Source of the DNA: Trichinella spiralis
Lineage: Eukaryota
Assembly (NCBI RefSeq): GCF_000181795.1
Contig: NW_003526943.1
Span: forward strand, 498,487-562,486
Length of the DNA stretch: 64,000 bases
Reading direction: 5' to 3'
The position numbers were made by a program, and so were the translations under genes. The notes beneath the pieces were generated by a model. The model saw only the letters and a list, made by a program, of their open reading frames with translations. It did no database searches and was not told the DNA's origin. This document shows positions 12,409 through 24,363 of this stretch, in pieces (positions within the stretch are counted from its first letter, which is position 1; each line of letters begins with the position of its first letter).

Positions 12409-14520
12409 GACGAAATAACTAACATAAAATCTAAATTCACTTACAATAAATAGACAAAAACATCTCGATTTCACAAATTTATACATTGAATCTATACATA
12501 TCAGTAATGATACTAATAAAATGCTATGGAAAAATTTCTTCAGTATTACATCGTGCAAAAAATACTAGAAAATACATTCTGCATTAAAATTTTTAATTTA
12601 ATCCAAATGTTTCTCAACTTTTTAAGTCTAAATCAAATTAAATCTGAATAATCGTACTTTACAAAATCGCATATCTTCATCCAATAGTAAATTATTAATA
12701 AAAATCACTTTATACAGTTCTCATAAATATCATTATTAACTAAGTTTGATTAAAATATAAAAAAGAAAAGAATAATCCAAAAGTAAAATTAAAACTACAT
12801 GTACTAACACTAAGATACAGTACTGTACTTGATTAGTAAACTTTCGTTATTTTAGTTTTGTCAAAGAAATATATAAAATAAATGTGCACTGAAATTCAAA
12901 TTATTAACAATATACAACATTACCGTGATAAAAATATCTTTTTATAAAGTAAATATAAAACAGCATTCATTTATTTACATACCGATTATTTATTTATCGA
13001 ATATTTTCATTCAAAACATGAAAAAATTATCATCTTAATTAAGAACAAGCAACTAAATAAAAATAAATCCAAAACAAAACATAAATTTGAGTAAGATAAA
13101 TGCTGTACATTAAATGCAAACTATGAATCCAGATGAATGCTGCTATATAAAGCAAAGTTTTTCAATTTTATGTCAGGTTAGCAAAAATAGAAGTGTCTTA
13201 CATTGATAAATTAAAAATTGCACAATGCCTATGCAAAAGACAAATGCTTCAATAAGACCAGCGATAAAATAAAGATAAATCTACAAAATGATGATTACTG
13301 TAAAAATACATACTTAGGTATAATCAAGTAATAATTGCATTAATTGCTTAGATAATTATAAAATGTAATTAGCATTGATTCAAATGCTAAAACTTAGCTT
13401 AATAAAAAGTAAAAAAGTAATTATTTTATATAAAATTGTAATAATTAACTGCATTTTGTTGAAAAAAGTTAAACTGAATTTACAAAAGTGACAATTTGTT
13501 GTTTCTGATGTAGTGCAACATTAACAGTAAAATTAAAAATTCATTGTAAAACTTTTATTAACAAAATTATAACATAATATTTAGTGTAAAAAATATGGGA
13601 TTACATTTTGTAATGTGTAAACTCTTAAAGTTTGACAAAAATTTGTTTGGCATGGCGCATAATGTAACAGCTATATTTATTTCAAAAATTGAAAAAATAG
13701 ACATAAACTGTCATTGGCAGATTTTAAATCTTCATAACGGTGCCGTGCATTTTCTTTTGTGTTGAATTTAAAAATCTGCCAATCAGTTAATGCCTACTTT
13801 TCACAATTATTACGCTGAATGTAGGTTATATTCTTGGAAGTCCTGCTAATTACGATATATGTATATAGTATTTACAGTGCTAGAACATTATTAGTAAATA
13901 CAAATAAGAAATGTGCAGTATCAAAACAAAATAAACTAAAGAAATGAATGTATGCGATTAGTAGAAATGGTTGAAATTGTTGGAAATAATTCAAAAAATT
14001 TTTGTTTTTAATTTCACGCAACATTTATGTATATAAATTTATAAATTGATTTTTACAACTACTTGCTTTTTTAAATAATGTCTACAGCATGGAGTATGGA
14101 AATTCTCGACTACTTCAATTGATTAATAGTACTTACGTAAATTTACTGTTACTGTAAGGATACTTGCAATTCTCGTATTATTTGTTGATTGTTAAGTGTT
14201 AAACATTGGTTGTATATATTAAGCAGTTAGCATTTTTGCTGCTTTTGTAATTTTTGAATAAAATTGTTTAAAACGATGTTTTATACATATGAGTAATTTA
14301 TAATTATTTTGAAGCACTGGAAAAATTTTTTTCTTCAATATCACATTGTAATATAGTTATAGTATGCTCGTATGTATGTTTTTCTTGTTTTAATTATTTG
14401 CATGAAATCATTGCTAATAGAATGGGTTGAGATTTATTCGAATTTATTATTAAATTTTTGATTATTGGGTAAATTTTCAGAGAACGTGCAGTTCACAGAC
14501 GCTGGCTTTGGTTGTCCAGA

Positions 14521-15036
14521 ATGAACGTGGATAAACCCAGCAGCAGCAGTAGTACGCTGATTCATGTGAAAAATGGAATTGCGCCGAGAATTTTGAGAGG
14601 CGCTCAATTGGAAGCACCGATTCCGCCTTGCAGAGAAATTAAGAAAGCAGAAACGGTACAAGGTGTCAGTATTAAACCGAAGTTGACGTTGTACAAGTTG
14701 AAGCGGTTCAGTGAGGAAGATAAAGTTCAATTTGAATCTGCGTATCTTCGTTATTCTAAAAATTTCGATGCAATTCAAAAACAGTTGCCTCATAAGTCAA
14801 TTGAAGAATTGATAGCGTATTATTATTCGTGGAAAAAAACTGATCGAGCAAAGTCTGTACTTCAAATGGAAGGTTTGGTTGATTTGAAACCGAACAGATG
14901 CCACAATTGCGCTGCGAAATCGACGGAAGTTGCGCAGCGTATGACGGTGGATTTGTGCACCCAGTGTATGTTGAATTTACTCTACAAAGGCAAATTGCCG
15001 GACGAAGGGGAAAGCTCTGCTATGGTGAAAAAATAA
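14521..15036 (+). CDS. Small SANT-domain plus C4 (GATA-like) zinc-finger protein related to MTA/RERE/EGL-27
   Basis: Single-exon ORF preceded by a TTTTCAG acceptor at 14474-14480. It contains the SANT segment FSEEDKVQFESAYLRYSKNFDAIQKQLPHKSIEELIAYYYSWKK, then CHNC-x16-CTQC...KGKLP. An upstream coding exon cannot be excluded. Confidence 0.8.
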   Translation: MNVDKPSSSSSTLIHVKNGIAPRILRGAQLEAPIPPCREIKKAETVQGVSIKPKLTLYKLKRFSEEDKVQFESAYLRYSKNFDAIQKQLPHKSIEELIAYYYSWKKTDRAKSVLQMEGLVDLKPNRCHNCAAKSTEVAQRMTVDLCTQCMLNLLYKGKLPDEGESSAMVKK

Positions 15037-15190
15037 TTATGAATAACGTCGGCATATTTGAAGAATTTGAAAGAAAAACATCGTTGAACTTGAATAATTG
15101 TTTTATAATTTAATTCAATCTTGCTTGTTTCAGTATGAAAAATTAAATTCAGTATTATCAATTGTAAACGGACGACATGAGAAGAAGCAT

Positions 15191-18035
15191 TTATCCCAAA
15201 CTCAAATGTCTGTTTTTAAATTTGCGTTTTCTCCGTGGTCTCTGACTGCCATACAATTGAAAACTGTTCTCAGATCTAAAATTATTATTTTTCATGAATA
15301 AATTCATCAATAATCGTGTATTTTTCTGTTTTTTTCTTACCTGAAACGTCTTCTGAACGTGGAACTACTATTCCAAACGTTTGAATGTCGACCAAAAACG
15401 GAACCATTGCTTAATAATGATGAAGATCTGAAAAATGATAACGGCGTCCAAGGCCTTTCTTCTGGTGGTTCAACGACAATTCGCTGCATCTCTTCAGGAA
15501 TACTAAAAAGTAAAGTTTTCTCTATGTTCCATTTGAAATTAGTAAAAGTATTGGCAGAAATTTTTTACAGTTAAGTTGATTTTTTAAAAAATATTTTGCC
15601 ATTAATAATTATCATAAATTATACAACAATTAGGCTTTATTATTATTATTATTATTTCGTTTTTTTTAAATTACTTTCAATTATTACTTGAAACAACATT
15701 TTCGATTATAATAAAACTTACTCTATCAAAGAAGCGGATGGAACAAATTTATCTTTCAAACTATCCAAATCTTTGCTATCGAAGGTGGTGGTGCAATCTG
15801 TCGTAACAACAGGCAACTTTCCTCGGCAAGTATCCACAATGAGATAAGACACTTGGACATTTCTATCTATTATATAATTCAGTCTGAAAAAAACCAAAAG
15901 AGAATTATGATAATAATAATTTTTTTTTTGTAAAATATGAATAAAGTGCAAGTTGAAAATAATACTCGAAATCATCATCGTCTGCACCGAAAGGATTGAT
16001 CATCGCTTGGGCGACTTTTAACAGACCCATGTAGAATAAAAAGTCGATGAGAGAAAATAACGGTATCATGCTCGTTATTGTCTCTTTGTTACCATTGCCG
16101 AGTTCAATTTCCACAACTTGGCCAGAAATCAAGTATGTGAAAAAGAACGAATAAACCGCTATTGTGACTACTTGAGTATAAACTAACGGCAAATTAACCC
16201 AATCATAACATGAGATCAAATTAAGCTGATCTTTCACATCGACAATTTCCTACAAAATATTACGCATGCATGCATGTATGGAAACTTCTCTGAAATCAAA
16301 AATTTTGCATCATATATTGTTTATTACTTTAACTACATGCTTTAACAATTGGTCTGTTTTGATATATTCCGCTTTTCTGGCTTTGTAGGCAAGGTTGACG
16401 CTCCATTGAATTGGCAAAAATGACATGTAAACTAATTTATGCGTTTTTGTAACGTGCTTGAATTCTTCCATCTCTTCTTCTGTCATTAATCCTATGAGTA
16501 AAATTTGATTAGAAAATTCATCAAAAAAAGAAACAAATTATTATTATTACCCGCTATTACAAGATGATGCAGAGATGGAAAGCGCATTTTCACTCGAATG
16601 CTTATATCACGAAGTACAAGCACCGACGACAAATTAATATATCTGGCTAATGTTCGACGAATCATTTGAGATTCTTCATTTTCGCCTTCGACCATACACG
16701 CTATTTTCAGCATTAATCTACCGGAAAATTAAAACTGTCAGTTTAATAAAAAAAAAAAGAATAAAAGCACAAACATAATTTGAATAATTAATTTATTTGA
16801 AATAACTTTATTATGCATAAAATTAAAAAGAATGTTGAATTTTTTTTACAAATAAAAAAACTAGTTTATGCAATGGCAAAAGAAGAAATAAAAAGGAATT
16901 TCGTTTATTTTTAAACTAGCCCTTTTCAATTAAGCAGTTTGTTTCTTTTTAAAACTTGTCGGTGGTAAATATTAAAAATTTGCATATCATGAGTGTTATC
17001 ATAAAACTGAAACATTGTAAACATATTTATTGAATAGAAAAAAAATTAGCAAACAATCTGAAGTTTATTTTCGAATAATTTAAATTTATGATTTTTTGAT
17101 ATTTGTGATTGAATTGTTTTGAAAAATTTAAAATTTATTTTAAAGAAGCACTCATTTCAACGCATGAATTGAATATGTAAAAGATCTTCTGGTTGGAGAT
17201 TATTTATTAACATTATAATAAAAAGATAAGAAAAAAAGTTTTATTTTCATTCTATTCTAATATTTATGTTTCATTGAAAAAAGAAAATTATCATAATCTG
17301 ATGGAATAAAAATCAATATTTTGTTTAAAACAAGAAATTTCAGTAGAATAAACTTATTGGAAAATTAATCGTCTAAATGGTCATTAAATTAATTTTTTCA
17401 AAAAATGTAAGGAGCAATAAACAAAATCATTTTTCACATGAATATTTTTGACTTTTGGTACAGTAATTTTGTCGTGTACAAATGTATGCTATGAATTTCA
17501 TTGCTTTTTGTTTTGACTGCAAAGTGATTGACATCTACTAGGGGCAATGATCGGATGGGAAGGAACATTTCTTGTCAAACTGGATATTTCAAATAAGTAA
17601 ATGTCATTTTAATTTAATTTTAATTTTAAACGACAATTTCAAACAAAATTTTCACCACTGCAAATGAATAATGGAAATAAAGCTCGAAAAGGAAGAACAA
17701 GAAAAATAACTTACAGTAATTTACCTGTCTGGCCATAGTACTTTTTTGTAAATATCCCACCAACGTTTGGCGACTTTGTCGATGAAAAATCCCAACACAA
17801 AAGTGACCGGTATCAGTGTGGAGCCGGCGTGGAAGTGGGCAATGATCAATTTGAAATGCTTCTGGTAGGGTTCGTCCAAAAATTTGAACAACGTGCCCAC
17901 CGTGTAGAAGAGGATCATGAACAAAATTGTCTCCTTCCATATTGCCTTGTAAACGCTCGCCTTCCACAGGAACAGTACCCTGGCTAGGCCGCTCAAGCGG
18001 GTTGTGGACAATTTATTCGTGTAAGAGACGGTCAT
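15191..18035 (-). CDS. Bestrophin family chloride channel, multi-exon
   Basis: MTVSYT...[22 protein letters not shown]...RWW...LWPD, RRTLARY, RFP motif, [26 protein letters not shown]. The C-terminal exons join to a TAA at 15191. Confidence 0.93.
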
Positions 18036-19320
18036 TTTTGACGGTCATTGGCCAGTTTAAAATAAACAACACAAACAACCATAATACAACAAAAGCATGA
18101 CCGCTGATGATGATGATGATGATGGTGGAGTTGTTGTCGTCGATGCTTCTGCTTGTAATAAAATTTGACAATCTGCCCAATCGCACGTTGCCATCAAAAA
18201 TGCTGGCATGGAATTTACAAAACATTTAGGACACACACACACACGCTAGACCGTTGTTGGATCATCATCGTTTGCAATTTTTTTCGACCAACTAACTTAT
18301 ACCACTTTCACAATACGACTCGATAATTTATTCCACAATTTGTAAGCATTGTAACCAAATTGAAATATTCCACTTTGCCATCGAAAATTATCCCCAAACA
18401 ACTCTATTCACTTCCGATAATATTTTCATTAAAATTCAAATTAAAAAAAAAACCAGTTTACAAATTGCACTGATTTTTGAACTTTCTTTTCTTTTATTTT
18501 CTGTTCTGCTCTGTTTTTTATGCTTCAAAGAATTTTAAATATAAAAAACAATAAAGTTTGTGCAGCAGATCTGAGACGTCCATCTCTCTGTCGAAACTTT
18601 TTGATGCTTTTTTTTCTTTCGAAAAAATACTTTTCATAAAATAACCTTTTTTTGCTTCATATGCAAATTATTATCCATCAATTCATACTGTAGATATGTA
18701 GATTTTTCTCCAATTATTCAATAATACGTGAATATCACCAACAAAAAAGTATTATTTTTCTTAAAAAATGCTTTCATTTTGAACATTTATACTAAACAGC
18801 AAAAAATAAATTAATAAATGATGACTCACCGTTGAATTGCACTGCCTACGCAAAGATGGTTTTTTTTGTGATAAAAAGATAACAACGCAGTTTTGTTGAG
18901 ATGTTTTCTTTTCAAATTGTCGACATTAAACTTCTTTTCCAACAAAATTTCACACTATTTTGTCATTTTGTTTTTGTTTATAATATTATTTCTATAGTCG
19001 CTTTTTTATTTTTGAGCACTTTAATTAATAATTTAAATTTTCAATAGAACATCGTATTATTTTGAAATTAAACAAAAAAAGAACAACATTTACTATACCC
19101 TTAATTAAATGAATATTTTTTAACAGATTACGGTATTCATTTCCACGATTATATTGTTTTTTTTTCTTTGAAATTACCCGAGCAAACAAATCTGTTGTCA
19201 CATGTTTCAATTTTATGCTACGAAACAGCAAATTTATTTGATCATTTATTTCTGTGAGTTCAATTTGAAATATTATTTATTTGCATCATTGCATGAAACA
19301 TAGCTAGCTAGCTCATCGTG

Positions 19321-21062
19321 ATGTTTGATTTATCTGTCCAATTGTCAATGGTAGTACAATTTTTAATTTCATTTCTCTTTTGCCAATTTATTAAAATTAG
19401 TAAAGAAACAGAAATTGTACATTCGTGTCGTGGAAAAAGTGATATTTTAGACTGGTAATGAAAAAATTTATTCAATTCAATTATACTTTTGTCATTTTTA
19501 GGTTTATTATTTATAAATTGAACCAAATAGCTAACAATACAGCAGGACTGTTTAATGGAAAACGGTATGTTTTTATCGATTCATCTGCAAAATTATCATC
19601 ATTTTGGATATTGTCCGAGAATGATATTGATGAAGAGGAAAGTTTTCTACATTCATCGTTGAAGTCATTTTATTCTTCATCAAAAGCTGACAAAGCTGAA
19701 ACTTCAGTGATCATGTACAACGATTGGCCACCTTACGCGAGAAAATCATTAGCAACTTATTCTACCAAAGGAACAACAAGACCGCAGAATAATTGTGAAA
19801 ACAATATACTTTTAATATTTTGATAATTTTTAGGTGTTTTTATGAGAAAAAATGGAAATTCAGCAATGTGGATGATTCACAATATTCCATCTTTTCCGGA
19901 TCATCGCAAATTCTACTGGCCTGAATATGCTACAAAACAAGCACACATCGTTTTTTGCTTGACACTTCCATATGATACATTTTCTCAATGGGGTGAGCAT
20001 TTTTAATAATTAAACTTTTGTAAAAAGAAAAGCTGAACCATTTTTTCATATAGTTTCACAAATCGCTTATGAAAATCCATTGATTTATTTTCACAATGTT
20101 CCAAAGACAGAACGTACAAACGTGGTGGACAGTTTACTATATGGTAAAGGTGTGATTGCAGAACCAAACTATAGATTTTCAAATTCTTTGAAAACTATCG
20201 GTGGTGAACGGTTGTTTTTGTTTTCAAAATTAGCTGAGTCAGATGTGGGTAATTTGAAAAATTTTTGACATGCATTTAAAATATGCAAATTTTAAATTAT
20301 TACTATTGAAGAAATTTTATTTTTTTACGACAGAAATTATTTTATAAAATTTGCGCTAAACAGGATTGTTTTAAGATATGTATCAATTGATTGGTAAAAT
20401 GGATAATGCTACTTTTCGCTTTTGGGAAAAATCTGATGAGGCAGATCAAAAGCTGGACAATATTTGCAGCAGATATTTAACTGTGAAAAGGATTTATGGA
20501 AATATTTATTTATTTTTGAACAATCCTGAACAAATAGCACACGAAGATTACAAAACTGGAATAAATTGTTCTGAGTTAGTAAATGAATTAGAAATACAAT
20601 TGTGCAAAGTATTTTTAATATTTATCAAATCACATATTGTGATGTATTTGATTTATTGTGCATTCAAGAAATGGAAATTCCATCATTTACCTTTAAGCAG
20701 CTGTTCACGTGAAGATTATTTATGGAAACTGATGTTTTATAGATTTGGAAGTATTGCATTTTTATCCATTTATAATTCATTATTGTAATTATTGTTTCAA
20801 TTCAGCGGGACCTGGAATCAAAAACAATGATGATGCTTCCAAATGGCTTATCCAATTGAACGGAAAGAAAATTTGGTGCTTTGGAAGCCTTCCAAGGGAG
20901 GTATTTTTATTTTTTAATAAGTTTTTAAAAATTCATATTTATTATGAAATTTAGAGAAATCAAATTTTACGCTCAGGTGGAATGATCTGTATGCAAAATG
21001 AAAAAATTTGGAATGCTTTTGACGCCAGCATAAAATTTACCAAAACGGAATCTTGTATTTGA
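19321..21062 (+). CDS. DNase II-like secreted protein lacking both catalytic histidines
   Basis: Hydrophobic N-terminus, then SCRG...DWFIIYKL, MYNDWPP, STKGV, WMIHNIPSFP, VFCLTL, LFSK, DASKW, WCFGSLPRE, RSGGMIC...IWNAF...C. This is the DNase II motif order across seven or eight short exons. Confidence 0.88.
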
Positions 21063-21592
21063 GTAAAAAATAAAAATTGCAAACTTTTATAATACAAACT
21101 TCCAATACTACTTTTTAAAATATACATCAGAATATGGGGTACAATTAATGATCTGCAAATTATGCGTATTTTAATTCAGTAATTAATTATTATAAATGAT
21201 AACAATAAATGAAATTGGAAAACAAATTTTAGTGCATTATACTCTTGATGATGTGAGTGTATAATATTGCTACAGCTTGTAACGCTCGTGCTTTCTTTGC
21301 TGTTAGTTTGAAGTACAAAAGCAATCACTGCTTCATCTTTTCCTTCTAATATTTAATTTAAAATTTTTCAGTTCAATTTGATGCATTTAAAAAAATTATA
21401 AATGTTATTAATAAAAAAAATATACATAAACATTGAAGAAAAGAAAAATGGTGCAAAAATAAAAAATACTTTGCATAATCTTACCTTCATTAATTGAATT
21501 ATTTTATAAGCATGAGCATGAATTTCATTAATCACCAGTCTGCTGCTGCTCTAGGCGAAAATGTAACAAAAGTTTTGAGGTGAAAAAGCGAA

Positions 21593-21674
21593 CGCAGCAG
21601 ACAGGATTCGAACCTGTGCGGGCAGAGCCCAATTGATTTCTAGTCAATCGCCTTAACCACTCGGCCACTGCTGC
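21593..21674 (-). tRNA. tRNA-Ser (anticodon AGA)
   Basis: The minus strand reads GCAGCAGTGGCCGAGTGGTTAAGGCGATTGACTAGAAATCAATTGGGCTCTGCCCGCACAGGTTCGAATCCTGTCTGCTGCG. It has a 7-bp acceptor stem, A and B boxes, anticodon stem ATTGA/TCAAT with loop CT-AGA-AA, a long variable arm and a downstream TTTTT Pol III terminator. Confidence 0.97.
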
Positions 21675-23002
21675 TACAACTAATAGGACTCGGTTAAATG
21701 TATATAAACATATACTAATAAAATAATTTGATTGTTTTTTATAGCTATATTTAAATTAAGCATTTAACATATTAGACTAAATCTAACCTTATTTTATTAT
21801 TTTTAAAATCTACACATTCATACGTACATATTCATTAGTCTTTAAATAATAATAAATTTTAATAATGGTTTGTTAAATATAAATAGTCACTATAATTTAT
21901 ATATTGTAATATTGTAATAAATTAATTTTATTATTTGAAATGTTTTTTAACAATTACTTTGTAGCTAACATTTGGTGACCTTCCAAAAAGTAGTTCTTGA
22001 TTTCTTCGTCATACTGTAACTAAAGATGACTTTTATAACTCTGCTTTGCAACGGTTGTGTTTATTTTTGAAGCAGTGTGCTGAAAAAGCATGCATGTGTT
22101 GAAAAATGGCTGAATGGTTTTGGAAACGTTTTGAAAAATAATTCAGTGTAAATGCAAGTGGCTAGTTTTAACTATTTTTCTTAACATACTGCTTTAATGA
22201 GCAGTTGAAAGTTAATTATTTTTTGATGGAATTATGTTTAAATGTGAAGGGGAATTGTTGTTATGAAATATTTGTGTTTGATTCACTGAAATCTGGCAGG
22301 CTTAATATTTTCCGAAAGGGTAATGGCTGACATGAATGCCATTCTTCTCAGCTTTAAGAGTTTTCTGTTGTAAAAATAAATCATTGCAAAAGGTTGGTAA
22401 CATTTAACTGATTTTTATTTTTAATAGCAGTACTTTCTCACTTTAGCATTGTCTTATTAAAGGTACTTACTGTTGTTTTTGTCATACGTGACAGGGTTGT
22501 GCAGTGGTTTAGTTAAAGTGTTTTGTTTAAGAAATTTGTGTATTTGTGAAGTAAGATTTATTCACATTGCTAAATTTATCTTTTTGTTGGATACTTTTGT
22601 TTTCAACAATATTTTCATTTGTATTTTTATAAAAGATCTGTTGTTTGATCTTTATCATGCTCGCACCTCAGGTGATAAATAAATGTTTTCATAATATAAA
22701 TTGAATGGTTGCAAACAGTAGTTTTTATTTATTATGCGAATTAGCACTAATCAAGTGGAGCATGCGTGGGAATAGCAAGCAGTTATATGTGTCAATTTTA
22801 GCAAAGCAGCAATAACCGTGAAATTATTTTGCATGGTATTTTTTTATCTTCATTTGTTTACGTTTTTCATATATTTAGAGAATTTAATAAATATGTGCGT
22901 TTGCAGTTTATCTGTTATTTGCATTTCATTTTTGTAATTTTGCCGATATAATTTTTAAGGGTTCTAATTCCATTTTTTTCATTTTTTAGATATTCAGTTC
23001 GC

Positions 23003-24154
23003 ATGGAAGAACAAGAGAAAAGAGGTTTCGCCGTTCTGGTGGGCAGTTCCCATCCTGAATTGGCTCTGCTTATAATTAGGTTTGTGAAATATTTGCTATT
23101 TTAGTTGATATTCGGTTGTTTGTTTAATTTTTGATTGTTTTATATTAAATTTTGAATGTATAGTCGTCTTCCAGCTAGGCTGTTTGAAATGCGAGTCTAT
23201 CACCAGTCGAATCGTGAAACGATGCTGGAAATGAAAGAGTCAGTACGTGGGAAAGAGATTTTTATTATTCAAACCGCGACGCACAACGTCAACGATGATA
23301 TTATGGAATTGTTGATTATGATTTACGCTTGCAAAACCGCCTCTGCAAGGCGGATCACCGTCGTCATGCCCTATCTTCCGTATACGAAGTGTCAAAACAG
23401 GGAAAAGCGTACACCGATAGTGTCGAAATTGTTGGCCAACATGATCACCAAAGCCGGTGCCAGTCGAGTGATCACTTTGGATTTGTGCCGTCCAGAAGTG
23501 CAAGGTTTCTATTCAATCCCTGTTGATAATGTTCGGGCTTCTTGGTTCTTGGCCGAGAGGATTCGTGAACGTATCAGCGATTATAAGAATGCAATTGTGA
23601 TTGCAAAAAATCCCACAGTTATGCCGAAAGCGTCATCTCTGGCTGAAAAGTTGGGCTTGATTTTGGGTGTCATTCACGGCGAAATGGAACCACTCGAAGA
23701 AGAAGAACAAAGTCTTACCAATTCTATCGCCACATCTTCATCAAATTCTAGCGGCAGTTCAGACAGTCTATCAAAGCAGCAGCTGCCGCATCACCAAGTT
23801 CCGCTGACTTTGATCGGCGACGTCGGCGGGCGTATAGCTATTTTGGTCGATTATGTGATTGATTACGTGGAATCGTTCATCCGGTCTGCTGAGGTGCTGA
23901 AAAGGCGTGGAGCTTATAAAATTTACGTCGTTGCTACGCATGCTATTTTCGGCCACAACGCGCCTCTGCTGTTGGAAAATTCCGTCATCGATACAGTATT
24001 CGTCACCAACAGTATTCCGCATGAATTGCAAAAATTGCAATGTCACAAAATCGAAACAATAGACGTATCGCCTATATTATCCGAAGCGATTCGTCGTTGT
24101 TTCAACAGGGAATCTTTGTCACGGCTGTTTTCAGATGTCGCTGTTCAAGATTGA
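23003..24154 (+). CDS. PRPSAP: Phosphoribosyl pyrophosphate synthase-associated protein (non-catalytic PRPS homologue), 2 coding exons
   Basis: Exon 1 is 23003-23079 (GSSHPELA) and exon 2 starts at ~23164. Motifs ESVRGKEIFIIQT and MPYLPY are present. PRPSAP-like features are IAKNP (not SPDAGG), GVIHGE followed by an insertion, GDVGGRIAILVD and GAYKIYVVATH; the DDMxDTxGT loop is absent. Confidence 0.88.
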
Positions 24155-24363
24155 TTGTTCTCATCAAATGCAAACTCGTCACGTTCTTTTCTTTGTGCTC
24201 TATCATCATTGTTTATTGAAGTAACGAAAAATTAAAGCCTTTTATTTACAATAATTGACCGTACTGTTTATGTTTTGTTGTGTACAACGTGCAGCGGACG
24301 TATTTCATATTTGATTACGAGTGTTCATATGTTATGTATTTTTTTGATGTGATGTTTTAAGCA

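Noticed and set aside
23156..24154. Catalytic PRPP synthetase or bacterial prs insertion, suggested by the long uninterrupted ORF
   Set aside because: It has a spliced first exon and PRPSAP-specific motifs, and lacks the catalytic loops.
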